From the NCBI GenBank assembly GCA_049690315.1, contig JBAVMS010000041.1, positions 1 through 32,000 of the forward strand: a DNA stretch of 32,000 bases, written 5' to 3'. How positions within the stretch are numbered: the stretch's first letter is position 1; each line of letters starts with the position of its first letter. The DNA is from Candidatus Methanoperedens sp. (GTDB taxonomy: Archaea > Halobacteriota > Methanosarcinia > Methanosarcinales > Methanoperedenaceae). A program made the position numbers and the translations under genes. This document shows, piece by piece, positions 24,694 through 32,000 of this stretch. Below the pieces are notes generated by a model. The model had not been told where the DNA came from. It did no database searches and saw only the letters and a program-made list of their open reading frames with translations.

Positions 24694-26706
24694 ATGGATG
24701 ATGATAAGCTAAAAATTGAATTGACCGGAAATCCGTTTGTAGATACAGGAATAGGAGTAATTGCTTCCCTAGCAAAGCTCAATGAGGTTAATCAATTAAC
24801 TTTAGTAGATATAAAGTCAGTTTATGGGGATGGCTCGCAACTAACTGAGTGGAACTCCAAATTAAAAACCTTTTCTCAGGTATTTGGAACAAATAACCCA
24901 CTATTTCATCCATCGTATGGCTTCAAGAAAGGTTTAGGACCATCTGATATAAACAAAAGAATATACAAAAGCACTCTTGATGGTTTACTTTTTGAGATAA
25001 AAAAATCTGAAAATGGCTCAAGGTGCTGGGCTTGTGGCAATCGTACAGATTTTGATTTTGCTCAAGTTTGTAAGAAAGCTGTTGAAGCTAATGGGAAAAA
25101 AGCACCTGAAGAAAAATGGGTAGGAAGGGACTGGTTCCCTTTAGCTGGAAGTTTAGGAAGCGATGCTCAAGCACTTCCCGCAGCTTCAAGACCTCCCCAT
25201 ATATGCCCCCAATGCCTTTTTGCAATTCATTATTTGCCAATGGGATTGATTTTGCTTGACGGTCGTTTGGCAGTCTTTCAATGCTCATCTCCTGAATTCT
25301 GGTATGAACTTATTAAGGATATTGTAAATGAAATTAAAGAACGAGTACATGCTGGAATTTACGACACTTTAGGAGGTAAAGAAGGAAGCAGGGCGGTTAT
25401 GCAAAGACTTTTGAAATTATTTGAGCGTCTCCAAAGAGAAAAATATTATTATGGCAGAGTTCCCGAAGGAATAGCTCTTTATGTATGGCGATTTAGCAAT
25501 TCTGGGGCTTCTCCAGAATGTTTGATAGAAGAAATTCCAAACCTAGCACTAACATTTTTGTGGGAGGCTGCACAAAATAATTTATCTTCTGAGATTGAAT
25601 CACTTGTTGGTTCCGAAGGGAAAAATCCACGATATTCTCTATTCCAATGTATCTTAAATGGACGCGATTATCCTAATCTATATCCTGAAGGGAAAAGAAA
25701 AGGTGCATCACCTAAACTTTTCGCCCTATATCAGATGCACATTCGTAACCATTCCACAAGAGCTTTACAAGTCGCGTATGAATTAGCAAAAGAGATATCT
25801 GAACAGGTTAGTGCAAAAGAACTAAAGCGTATTCAACGCCCTGAAGCATTTAATGAAGAGATGGTTCGAAACCAATTCAAGGCATACATGGTCAGGATGA
25901 CAGAAAAGGGAGATTTCGCTCTGGAAGATTACATTGACCTCTTTCCATTGAAGAACGGTGGGGGGATTACTGTGGAATGGAATGGTTGGAATTTCATTCG
26001 GTTTTACCTTTACCATACAAATGAAGATTTTCCGAGGATTGATGAAAAAAATCAGATTATCAATAAATCGAATCCACAATTATTTTATTATGCCGGGCTG
26101 ATATACAACCGTTATCTCCGTGATAAAGGAAAAGATCGGTTCCAAAAAGATGTTCTTGCACAAATAGATCGCAGAATTCGTGCACTTTGGCTTAGAAGCC
26201 AATTCGTTCAACTTGCAGAATCGGAAGATGGCTTTACTTATGGTCATTGGTCAAAACTTTGCAAATTAGATGATGAAAGGCTTTTTATTTCAGAATTGCT
26301 TTTTCATATGCGGTTGCTGTGGACACAGTGGATTTATGAAAATAAAACATCCGTGAATATTACAACACAACCATCCGACACAGAATCAACCGATGAATTG
26401 CCAGAACGTATAAAAACTTTAATCGAATTATTATTCACCGATTACGTAAATAGAAGAGGGCTCGACCGTTTCTATCGTGATATATTACTAAGACTTCGGC
26501 GAAAAGAGGTTGGACTTTTCTGGTTCAAGGACAAGCTTACAAAACAAGTATCTGAGGAAATTCAGCCTCTTACCGAAGAAGAATGGGAGAAGTTTTTAGT
26601 AAATGACGAAGGTCAAAGCATTAAAACTGAAAGGTTATTTCAGCTACATTTAGCTCTTGCAAATATTTATAGAGTAAAAGTATTTGAGGAAAACTTAAGG
26701 AGGTAA
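24694..26706 (+). CDS. cas8: type I large subunit, Cst1-like (Cas8a1/Cas8b1, CXXC-CXXC family)
   Basis: It is the first gene of a cas8-cas7-cas5-cas3 operon. Two CxxC pairs are present (CWACGNRTDF and CPQCLFAIHYLP), as in the Cst1 CXXC_CXXC family. The protein is 670 aa. Confidence 0.7.
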   Translation: MDDDKLKIELTGNPFVDTGIGVIASLAKLNEVNQLTLVDIKSVYGDGSQLTEWNSKLKTFSQVFGTNNPLFHPSYGFKKGLGPSDINKRIYKSTLDGLLFEIKKSENGSRCWACGNRTDFDFAQVCKKAVEANGKKAPEEKWVGRDWFPLAGSLGSDAQALPAASRPPHICPQCLFAIHYLPMGLILLDGRLAVFQCSSPEFWYELIKDIVNEIKERVHAGIYDTLGGKEGSRAVMQRLLKLFERLQREKYYYGRVPEGIALYVWRFSNSGASPECLIEEIPNLALTFLWEAAQNNLSSEIESLVGSEGKNPRYSLFQCILNGRDYPNLYPEGKRKGASPKLFALYQMHIRNHSTRALQVAYELAKEISEQVSAKELKRIQRPEAFNEEMVRNQFKAYMVRMTEKGDFALEDYIDLFPLKNGGGITVEWNGWNFIRFYLYHTNEDFPRIDEKNQIINKSNPQLFYYAGLIYNRYLRDKGKDRFQKDVLAQIDRRIRALWLRSQFVQLAESEDGFTYGHWSKLCKLDDERLFISELLFHMRLLWTQWIYENKTSVNITTQPSDTESTDELPERIKTLIELLFTDYVNRRGLDRFYRDILLRLRRKEVGLFWFKDKLTKQVSEEIQPLTEEEWEKFLVNDEGQSIKTERLFQLHLALANIYRVKVFEENLRR

Positions 26707-26710
26707 TGAA

Positions 26711-28090
26711 ATGAACGAGAAAAAAATAACTCATGTAACGGGAACTTTCCTTATCCAGGCGGATGCAGCTTTTCTAAACGGCGCTGGATTAGGAGAAGGC
26801 GAGGATCGCAATGTGACAATCCCTAAAACTTTTAGGGATGGAAAAAATGAAGTACCTTACGTATCTGCTCAAGCATGGAAACGATGGCTTAGGAATACCT
26901 TGGTAGAGGAAACAAAATGGCTTACAAGCGAGTCAAAAGCCATTGGCTGGAATCCTAAAGGTAATGTCAATAAAATCGCAGCAGAATTGAATCCTGTTGA
27001 TTTTACTGAGGATGATATCTTTGGCTATATGCGTGCAGAGGCAGGTCAAGGACGGAGAACAACTGGAGAAGAGGAAGAATTTGAGGAAGAAGTAGGAGGA
27101 AGAACTAAATCGGTGATGAGGGCATCTCCATTTATGGCGTCTCTTTTAGTTTCACTACGTTCTGCAGGATGGAGAGGGCAGGATGAAGGTTTCGTTCATT
27201 TGACGAAATATGACCCTCAAGCACTTGCAGAGGCAGAAGTAGAGAGGTTTCTTTCAGTGGTTGCTGAGAAAAAGCAAGATAAAAAGAAAAGCGTGTGGGA
27301 AAGACTGAAGGAATTTGATAATGATTTTGCCAGCAAAGTGAAATTACATGCAGACAAAAGTGAACTAGATGACCTAAGGAATCTTCTTTCAGCAAAGGCT
27401 AAGGAAAAAGACAAAGAAGTTAATGTTAATTTTATCGAGAACCCGTGCAGTCCGCTCCCCTACACCACTCGCTTTTACAATACCCATCTTCAGGGGATTT
27501 TCAGCCTCAACTATAGTCGGCTTGGTGTTTACTGGAATTTGGGAGACAGAATCGAACTGGAAGAAACTAAGGCAAAGAAACTTCTCCAAGAAGGAAAGGT
27601 CACAGAAGTTACAAATGAAGAACCTTACAAAACTTTAAGTGACAATGGAAAAATAGGAAAAATTTATAAGATTGCTGAAAAGGTCAAGCCTACTCCCAAA
27701 GATCGTGCATCTGCATTATTGAAAGCTCTTGCTGTGTTACGGGGAGGCGCAAAGCAAGCTCAATTTGGAACTGATGTTTCGCCTAAAGTATTGATACTTG
27801 CAGGCTTAACCTGTGGAAATCCGATATTTAATCATCTCTTTAAAGACGATCAAGAAGGACCAATCTTAAAGATTGAAACATTAAAAGAGATCATCAGAGA
27901 CTATGCAGACCGTATAGTTACTCCTGTTTTACTTGGCATTCGTTCGGGATATTTAAAGAATGAGAGCGAAATTAAAGCTTTAAATGAAACAAGGGTAAGC
28001 ATAGGAGAAGGAGAAAATAAGAGGGAAGTTGAAATATTAGTTACAACGCCAGTTGAGGCTGCTCAAAATATTAAACAATACTTACCATGA
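26711..28090 (+). CDS. cas7: Cas7 (Cst2/DevR/Csa2 family) with long insertions
   Basis: Motifs are AAFLNGAG, VPYVSAQAWKRWLRNTL, DIFGYM and LAVLRGGAKQAQFGTDVSPKVLIL. AAGGAGG lies upstream of the ATG. At 459 aa it is long compared with the roughly 300 aa I remember for this family. Confidence 0.85.
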   Translation: MNEKKITHVTGTFLIQADAAFLNGAGLGEGEDRNVTIPKTFRDGKNEVPYVSAQAWKRWLRNTLVEETKWLTSESKAIGWNPKGNVNKIAAELNPVDFTEDDIFGYMRAEAGQGRRTTGEEEEFEEEVGGRTKSVMRASPFMASLLVSLRSAGWRGQDEGFVHLTKYDPQALAEAEVERFLSVVAEKKQDKKKSVWERLKEFDNDFASKVKLHADKSELDDLRNLLSAKAKEKDKEVNVNFIENPCSPLPYTTRFYNTHLQGIFSLNYSRLGVYWNLGDRIELEETKAKKLLQEGKVTEVTNEEPYKTLSDNGKIGKIYKIAEKVKPTPKDRASALLKALAVLRGGAKQAQFGTDVSPKVLILAGLTCGNPIFNHLFKDDQEGPILKIETLKEIIRDYADRIVTPVLLGIRSGYLKNESEIKALNETRVSIGEGENKREVEILVTTPVEAAQNIKQYLP

Positions 28091-28857
28091 CATCAATTCC
28101 AGCTTTACATGTACGATTAGAGGGTATTACGGCATCTTTTCGCCTCCCTCTTGCAATCAGCGGCACTCAAATAAGCACTCCTGTGCCGTCCTACAGTAAT
28201 CTACTTGGTATAATCAGCGCCTGCGCCGGTCGCATTGTTAAGCCAAATGAAACAAGAATTGGATTTGAATTTCACTGTCAATCTCATGATATCGAGATAG
28301 AACGAAAAGACCGGTTAGCTTTAAAAGGTGGAAAGCTTGGCCCTATTAGCAAAACAAATGCTCCAAAAGATTACAGGCTTCATGTAAAAACCAGCTCTGA
28401 AAGTTTTAGTGGATTCTTAGAAGAAATACGTCAAGGTGTAGGTTATAGGCAAGTTTACTGGTATCCAAAAATGGATCTTTATGTTACAAACCTTGATCTC
28501 AAGAAAGCCTTTGATAAACCAGCAGCAACTCCGTGTTTTGGTCGTTCTCAAGATATCGCGTGGATTAAATTTGTTGAGCCAATTGATTTGCAACCAGTCT
28601 CAAAAGGTGCAATTGGTCCTACTTTAATCCCAATGCCTCAACTTGGTGTGCCTGGTTTAGTAGTGCGATTACCAGAGTGGATGGAAAATACAAGAATGGG
28701 TTATACCAGAGAACCAGGTCCATTTGGGATCTATCAGGCAATGATTCCAACAACAGATTTTTACTGTGTAATCGAAAGAAAGAATTTATATCATCCCTCT
28801 GATGCTGAAAGAAATGACCATGTTATTTACTTGCACGAATGGATAAAGGAACAATAA
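28087..28857 (+). CDS. cas5: Cas5 (type I)
   Basis: The N-terminal Cas5 signature is LEGITASFRLPLAISGTQISTPVPSYSNLLGIISACAGR. The gene overlaps the cas7 stop by 4 nt. Confidence 0.85.
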   Translation: MTSIPALHVRLEGITASFRLPLAISGTQISTPVPSYSNLLGIISACAGRIVKPNETRIGFEFHCQSHDIEIERKDRLALKGGKLGPISKTNAPKDYRLHVKTSSESFSGFLEEIRQGVGYRQVYWYPKMDLYVTNLDLKKAFDKPAATPCFGRSQDIAWIKFVEPIDLQPVSKGAIGPTLIPMPQLGVPGLVVRLPEWMENTRMGYTREPGPFGIYQAMIPTTDFYCVIERKNLYHPSDAERNDHVIYLHEWIKEQ

Positions 28858-31082
28858 ATACAATTTTGGCTAAAAGCACAGGTGAAACACTCTCAGAACA
28901 TACTATTGAGTGTTTAAAAGCCTCTCAAGTGCTTATAGATTCACTTCCAATCTCAGAAGATAAAATGAAAGTTCTGAGAAATGATGTCTTTCTTGCAGTT
29001 GCAATGCATGATGTTGGGAAGGCAGCCACAGGCTTCCAGAAAGTTCTAAGGAATGAACAAGAAAATTGGCAGAGAAAACGACATGAAATTATTTCTGCTT
29101 CTTTTGCATCTGGTATTGAAGGAATTTCTCCTGCTGTTATCTTTGCTATTTTAACCAGTCATAAAAGTATTCCTTCGGATTTTATCTCGCATAGCTCTGG
29201 ATGCCTGCTTTGGGAACAAATACCCTTTGTATGGAGTGAAACTAACGTCTGGAAGGAAATGGCTAATGAGTGGAAACAAAATGTTATTCCATTCATGGAG
29301 GAATGGAAAAAAATTTGTGACTATCTGAGTCGGAATATTACTTTTGGTGAGTTAAAACCAATATCATTACAACCCGCATGGCTCGAAAGTAACTATGGGA
29401 AAAAAGGTCAAAGACAATCTATCCCATTTCAGGATCGTTATTATGCCTCAATTGTTCGTGGTCTTACAATCGCATCTGATCACCTTGGAAGTGCCAAAAA
29501 AATACCTACTAAAATTCCAGAACTCAGTCGATTTTCTGTAATCAAACAAAATCCAAGACCATTTCAAGAACTTATTGGTAAAATTGAAGGATCAGCAATC
29601 TTAAGAGCACCTACTGGTTCTGGTAAGACCGAGGCTGCTTTGCTATGGTCTCAGAAAAATCAAAGGCGCAATGGCAGACTCTTTTACATTCTTCCTTATA
29701 CAGCCAGCATTAATGCAATGCATCAACGCCTAGCGAAAATTTTTGGAGATAGATATGTAGGAATTCTTCATCACCGTGCAACTTCTGCCCTCTACAGTAT
29801 GTTTGAAGCTGAAGCAGACATTGCTTCCCGTCTTGATAAACAACATATAGCAAAAACCCTTACTGAATTGGCTCATGAAATATGGTTTCCTATAAGAGTA
29901 TGCACTCCACATCAAATATTACGTTACACATTGCGAGGGAAAGGATGGGAATATATGCTTGCCGAATTCCCTAATGCTTGTTTCATCTTTGATGAAATTC
30001 ACGCTTATGACCCAAGAGTGGTTGGACTTACTCTGCGCTCGGCAAAACTAGCAACTCAGTGGGGAGCAAGATGCCTTTTTCTCTCTGCAACATTGCCTGC
30101 ATTTCTCCGTAAATTGATAACTGAGAATATTGAAAATGTGCCATTTATAGAACCAAATCCTGAACAAGACGAAGATAAAAAAATACTGGATAAAAAACGC
30201 CATATTGTTGAGATAAAGGATGGGTCTATAATAGATCATATAGAAACAATAATACAAACAATTCGAAACTGTTCATCGACCCTTATAGTTTGTAATCATG
30301 TAAGAACCTCCCAAGAAATCTACTCCTTATTGAAAGAAAGACTTCATGGTGAAGACATAAAGCTTCTTCATGGTCGATTTAATCAAGAAGATCGGAATCG
30401 GATCGAAGATGGAATTATTAACAAGTCATTACCTAAAGTTTTAGTAGCCACACAAGTTGTTGAAGTTAGCTTAGATGTGGATTTTGGGCAAGCATTTTTC
30501 GAGCCTGCACCCATTGATGCATTGATTCAGCGAATGGGTCGCGTGAACAGGTCCGGTAAGAAACTGCCTGCAAAAGTGATAATATTTATGGAACAGGTTA
30601 ATCCATTCAATCTTTATTGTGAATGTTCTGATGAATCACACAAACCTACTTGCAGAGTAAAATTGACGATAGAAGAACTGCAAAAAATCAAAAATCCAAT
30701 TAGTGAGAAAGATCTTGTCGAGGCAGCAGACAGAGTTTATGGCGAAGGATATCAAGGAGAAGACAGAACTAAATTTGAAGAGGGATTTAATCACCCTGAC
30801 TTGGCAGAATTTGAAGAACATTTTCTTGCAGGTGCTTATAGTGATTGGGTGGAAGATCTCATTGAGAAGACGGATGGAGTTATAGAGGTACTGCCAAAGT
30901 GTCTAATAAGAGAGTACAAAAAAAGAGAAGAAGATGGTCTATGGATAGAAGCTAATAGTCTTTTAGTGCCTGTACGGGAGAAATCGTTGGCTAGGTTAAA
31001 ACCAAAAATTGACATGTCCAATGATCCATGGATAGCCAATCTTAGTTATACATCCGATAAAGGACTTGAAATAAAAAAATAA
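28839..31082 (+). CDS. cas3: Cas3 (fused HD nuclease and SF2 helicase)
   Basis: HD motifs are LSEHTIECL and AVAMHDVGKAATGFQ. Helicase motifs are APTGSGKTEAAL (I), FIFDEIHAYD (II), LSATLP (III) and QRMGRVNRSG (VI). Confidence 0.95.
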   Translation: MDKGTINTILAKSTGETLSEHTIECLKASQVLIDSLPISEDKMKVLRNDVFLAVAMHDVGKAATGFQKVLRNEQENWQRKRHEIISASFASGIEGISPAVIFAILTSHKSIPSDFISHSSGCLLWEQIPFVWSETNVWKEMANEWKQNVIPFMEEWKKICDYLSRNITFGELKPISLQPAWLESNYGKKGQRQSIPFQDRYYASIVRGLTIASDHLGSAKKIPTKIPELSRFSVIKQNPRPFQELIGKIEGSAILRAPTGSGKTEAALLWSQKNQRRNGRLFYILPYTASINAMHQRLAKIFGDRYVGILHHRATSALYSMFEAEADIASRLDKQHIAKTLTELAHEIWFPIRVCTPHQILRYTLRGKGWEYMLAEFPNACFIFDEIHAYDPRVVGLTLRSAKLATQWGARCLFLSATLPAFLRKLITENIENVPFIEPNPEQDEDKKILDKKRHIVEIKDGSIIDHIETIIQTIRNCSSTLIVCNHVRTSQEIYSLLKERLHGEDIKLLHGRFNQEDRNRIEDGIINKSLPKVLVATQVVEVSLDVDFGQAFFEPAPIDALIQRMGRVNRSGKKLPAKVIIFMEQVNPFNLYCECSDESHKPTCRVKLTIEELQKIKNPISEKDLVEAADRVYGEGYQGEDRTKFEEGFNHPDLAEFEEHFLAGAYSDWVEDLIEKTDGVIEVLPKCLIREYKKREEDGLWIEANSLLVPVREKSLARLKPKIDMSNDPWIANLSYTSDKGLEIKK

Positions 31083-31159
31083 TAAAACAAAGCATTCATT
31101 ATTTTCCTTCTATCCTCATCTCCTTACCTCCCGGCCGGAGCAACTACATCACAGTTAGA

Positions 31160-31252
31160 GGCCAAATCCTCATTTTACGAGGATAATCTGAAATCGTAAT
31201 AGCCTTCCAGGTCTATCTTTCAATCCTCGTTTTATAAGGACAATCTAACAAT
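31160..31252 (-). ncRNA. degenerate two-repeat mini-array (psi-repeat / 22-nt psi-spacer / psi-repeat); candidate CreA/CreR-like crRNA-like RNA
   Basis: On the minus strand, 31252-31217 reads ATTGTTAGATTGTCCTTATAAAACGAGGATTGAAAG, with the tag ATTGAAAG intact. The spacer at 31216-31195 is ATAGACCTGGAAGGCTATTACG. The second unit at 31194-31160 reads ATTTCAGATTATCCTCGTAAAATGAGGATTTGGCC; its hairpin is kept but its tag is lost. Family and orientation match the main array. Confidence 0.6.
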
Positions 31253-31286
31253 ATCAAATAGGCTTCAATAAAGATAAATCTTGTGT

Positions 31287-31321
31287 TCAATAGAACTGGA
31301 AGGCTACCAAAAACTATAAAT
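31287..31321 (+). promoter_or_regulatory. predicted psi-spacer target site (PAM-like TCA plus 17-nt seed match) abutting a BRE/TATA-like element
   Basis: 31290-31306 (ATAGAACTGGAAGGCTA) equals psi-spacer positions 1-17 except position 6. TCA lies at 31287-31289. CCAAAAAC and TATAAAT lie at 31307-31321, about 90 nt upstream of the ATG at 31413. Confidence 0.5.
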
Positions 31322-31412
31322 CAAAATAAGACGATATTTACCTGCAATTGAGCAGGGAGCAGGTTTCGGCCAAGAAATCACATGCTTACTGCCCAATACA
31401 GGAGCGTATATA

Positions 31413-31649
31413 ATGAAGGTATTCAACCAACAAATAACTTTCGGTCGCCTGATGAGGGTCATCAGGATAGGAGGGGAACGGACTCACCGACCTTTTCCAG
31501 TCTTATGTGCCGAACAGGATAAAATATACAAAGTTAGGACATGGGATATTGATATAGCTATGAGTGTTAAAGGCGGAGATTATGTGCTCGTGAACCAATA
31601 TGAAATAATAAAATTATATGGCAATAAAATTGCGGCGGTGGTGAAATGA
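31413..31649 (+). CDS. small hypothetical protein (78 aa)
   Basis: AGGAG lies 8 nt upstream of the ATG. The stop overlaps the ATG of a following 45-codon ORF (ATGA at 31646-31649). No motif recognised. Confidence 0.5.
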   Translation: MKVFNQQITFGRLMRVIRIGGERTHRPFPVLCAEQDKIYKVRTWDIDIAMSVKGGDYVLVNQYEIIKLYGNKIAAVVK

Positions 31650-31783
31650 CGAAACCCTCCCGAATAGTCTTTGAATCGTTTTGTGATATGGCGGTAATGC
31701 TGGGTTTTAAAATTGAACGACACCGCAATAAACTGATAATTTTCTTTAATAACGACAATCAATCCGATGATATACTGCATTAA
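31646..31783 (+). CDS. small hypothetical protein (45 aa), translationally coupled to the 78-aa ORF
   Basis: I translated it by hand (MTKPSRIVFESFCDMAVMLGFKIERHRNKLIIFFNNDNQSDDILH), since it falls below the track size cutoff. Start and stop overlap with the upstream ORF. No motif recognised. Confidence 0.35.
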   Translation: MTKPSRIVFESFCDMAVMLGFKIERHRNKLIIFFNNDNQSDDILH

Positions 31784-31855
31784 TTTTATTATAAAAAAAT
31801 CATTTCAAAGGCGATCAATGCATAGATTTAAGGATGCATTTGCAGATTAACATTC

Positions 31856-32000
31856 ATGCTCCCCCTCGCCAAACTCACTGCCCGCCTCGTCTTCCCCACT
31901 TCGGTCACTTTCCCCTACTGGATGGGCAACACCTTTCGGGGCGGCTTCGGCATACACCTGCGCCGCGCCTGCTGCCCTGATTTAAGAAGAGATTGTTATT
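31856..32000 (+). CDS. N-terminal fragment of a RAMP protein, possibly a Cas6-type endoribonuclease (continues beyond window)
   Basis: The frame is open from the ATG at 31856 to the window end (48 codons: MLPLAKLTARLVFPTSVTFPYWMGNTFRGGFGIHLRRACCPDLRRDCY). The pattern of hydrophobic strands, then G-x-x-F-R-G-G-F-G, then Cys-rich spacing, resembles from memory the N-termini of the Cys-containing Cas6 RAMP family. G+C is 38/60 in the first 60 nt, far above the neighbouring sequence. Confidence 0.4.
   Translation, partial: MLPLAKLTARLVFPTSVTFPYWMGNTFRGGFGIHLRRACCPDLRRDCY

Noticed and set aside
31107-31130. A possible third, more eroded repeat copy (CTTCTATCCTCATCTCCTTA) just after the cas3 stop.
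   Set aside because: Only the ATCCTCAT core matches. There is no tag and no hairpin partner. It may be an older array remnant but cannot be supported.

Overview
The window looks archaeal (PriS/PriL-type primase, Csa1/Csa3, TATA-type promoters with GGAG ribosome sites) and is mostly an accessory/defence island.

**Layout, left to right**
- 1-5105, minus strand: a DNA-metabolism operon with hypothetical genes, a membrane protein, a dCMP deaminase, and PriL-like and PriS-like primase subunits.
- 5125-6315: a solo tnpB, with no tnpA in the window.
- 6988-8722: an AbiEi/AbiEii toxin-antitoxin pair bracketed by two diverged direct repeats of about 235 bp.
- 9507-10472: a tyrosine integrase.
- 10523-11442: a 13-repeat CRISPR array with a 37-nt repeat. 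Its sense strand is minus, giving an ATTGAAAG tag.
- 11555-22920, all minus strand: cas4 and cas1; a six-gene type III-C-like effector operon (cmr1-cmr6-cas10-cmr4-cmr5-cas5/cmr3-like); then csa1, cas2 and csa3.
- 23021-24394: a COG1373-like ATPase with a C-terminal nuclease-like motif.
- 24694-31082, plus strand: a Cst1/Cst2-type type I module (cas8-cas7-cas5-cas3).

**Most interesting signal**
This lies just after cas3, at 31160-31252. It is a degenerate two-repeat mini-array with one intact ATTGAAAG tag and a 22-nt pseudo-spacer. The tag-proximal 17 nt of that pseudo-spacer match a site 75 bp away, with a single mismatch at position 6. The site abuts a TATA-like promoter for two small coupled ORFs. 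This is the architecture of CreA/CreR-type Cascade-guided self-regulation or addiction modules.

**Other points**
- The Cas10 keeps its HD motif but has no GGDD cyclase motif, although a CARF regulator (Csa3) is present.
- No cas6 sits inside either effector operon. A GC-rich Cas6-like N-terminus starts at the right edge of the window.
- The effector modules are clearly more AT-rich than the adaptation genes.

All calls rest on motif reading of the supplied translations and on by-eye alignment. No database search was possible.
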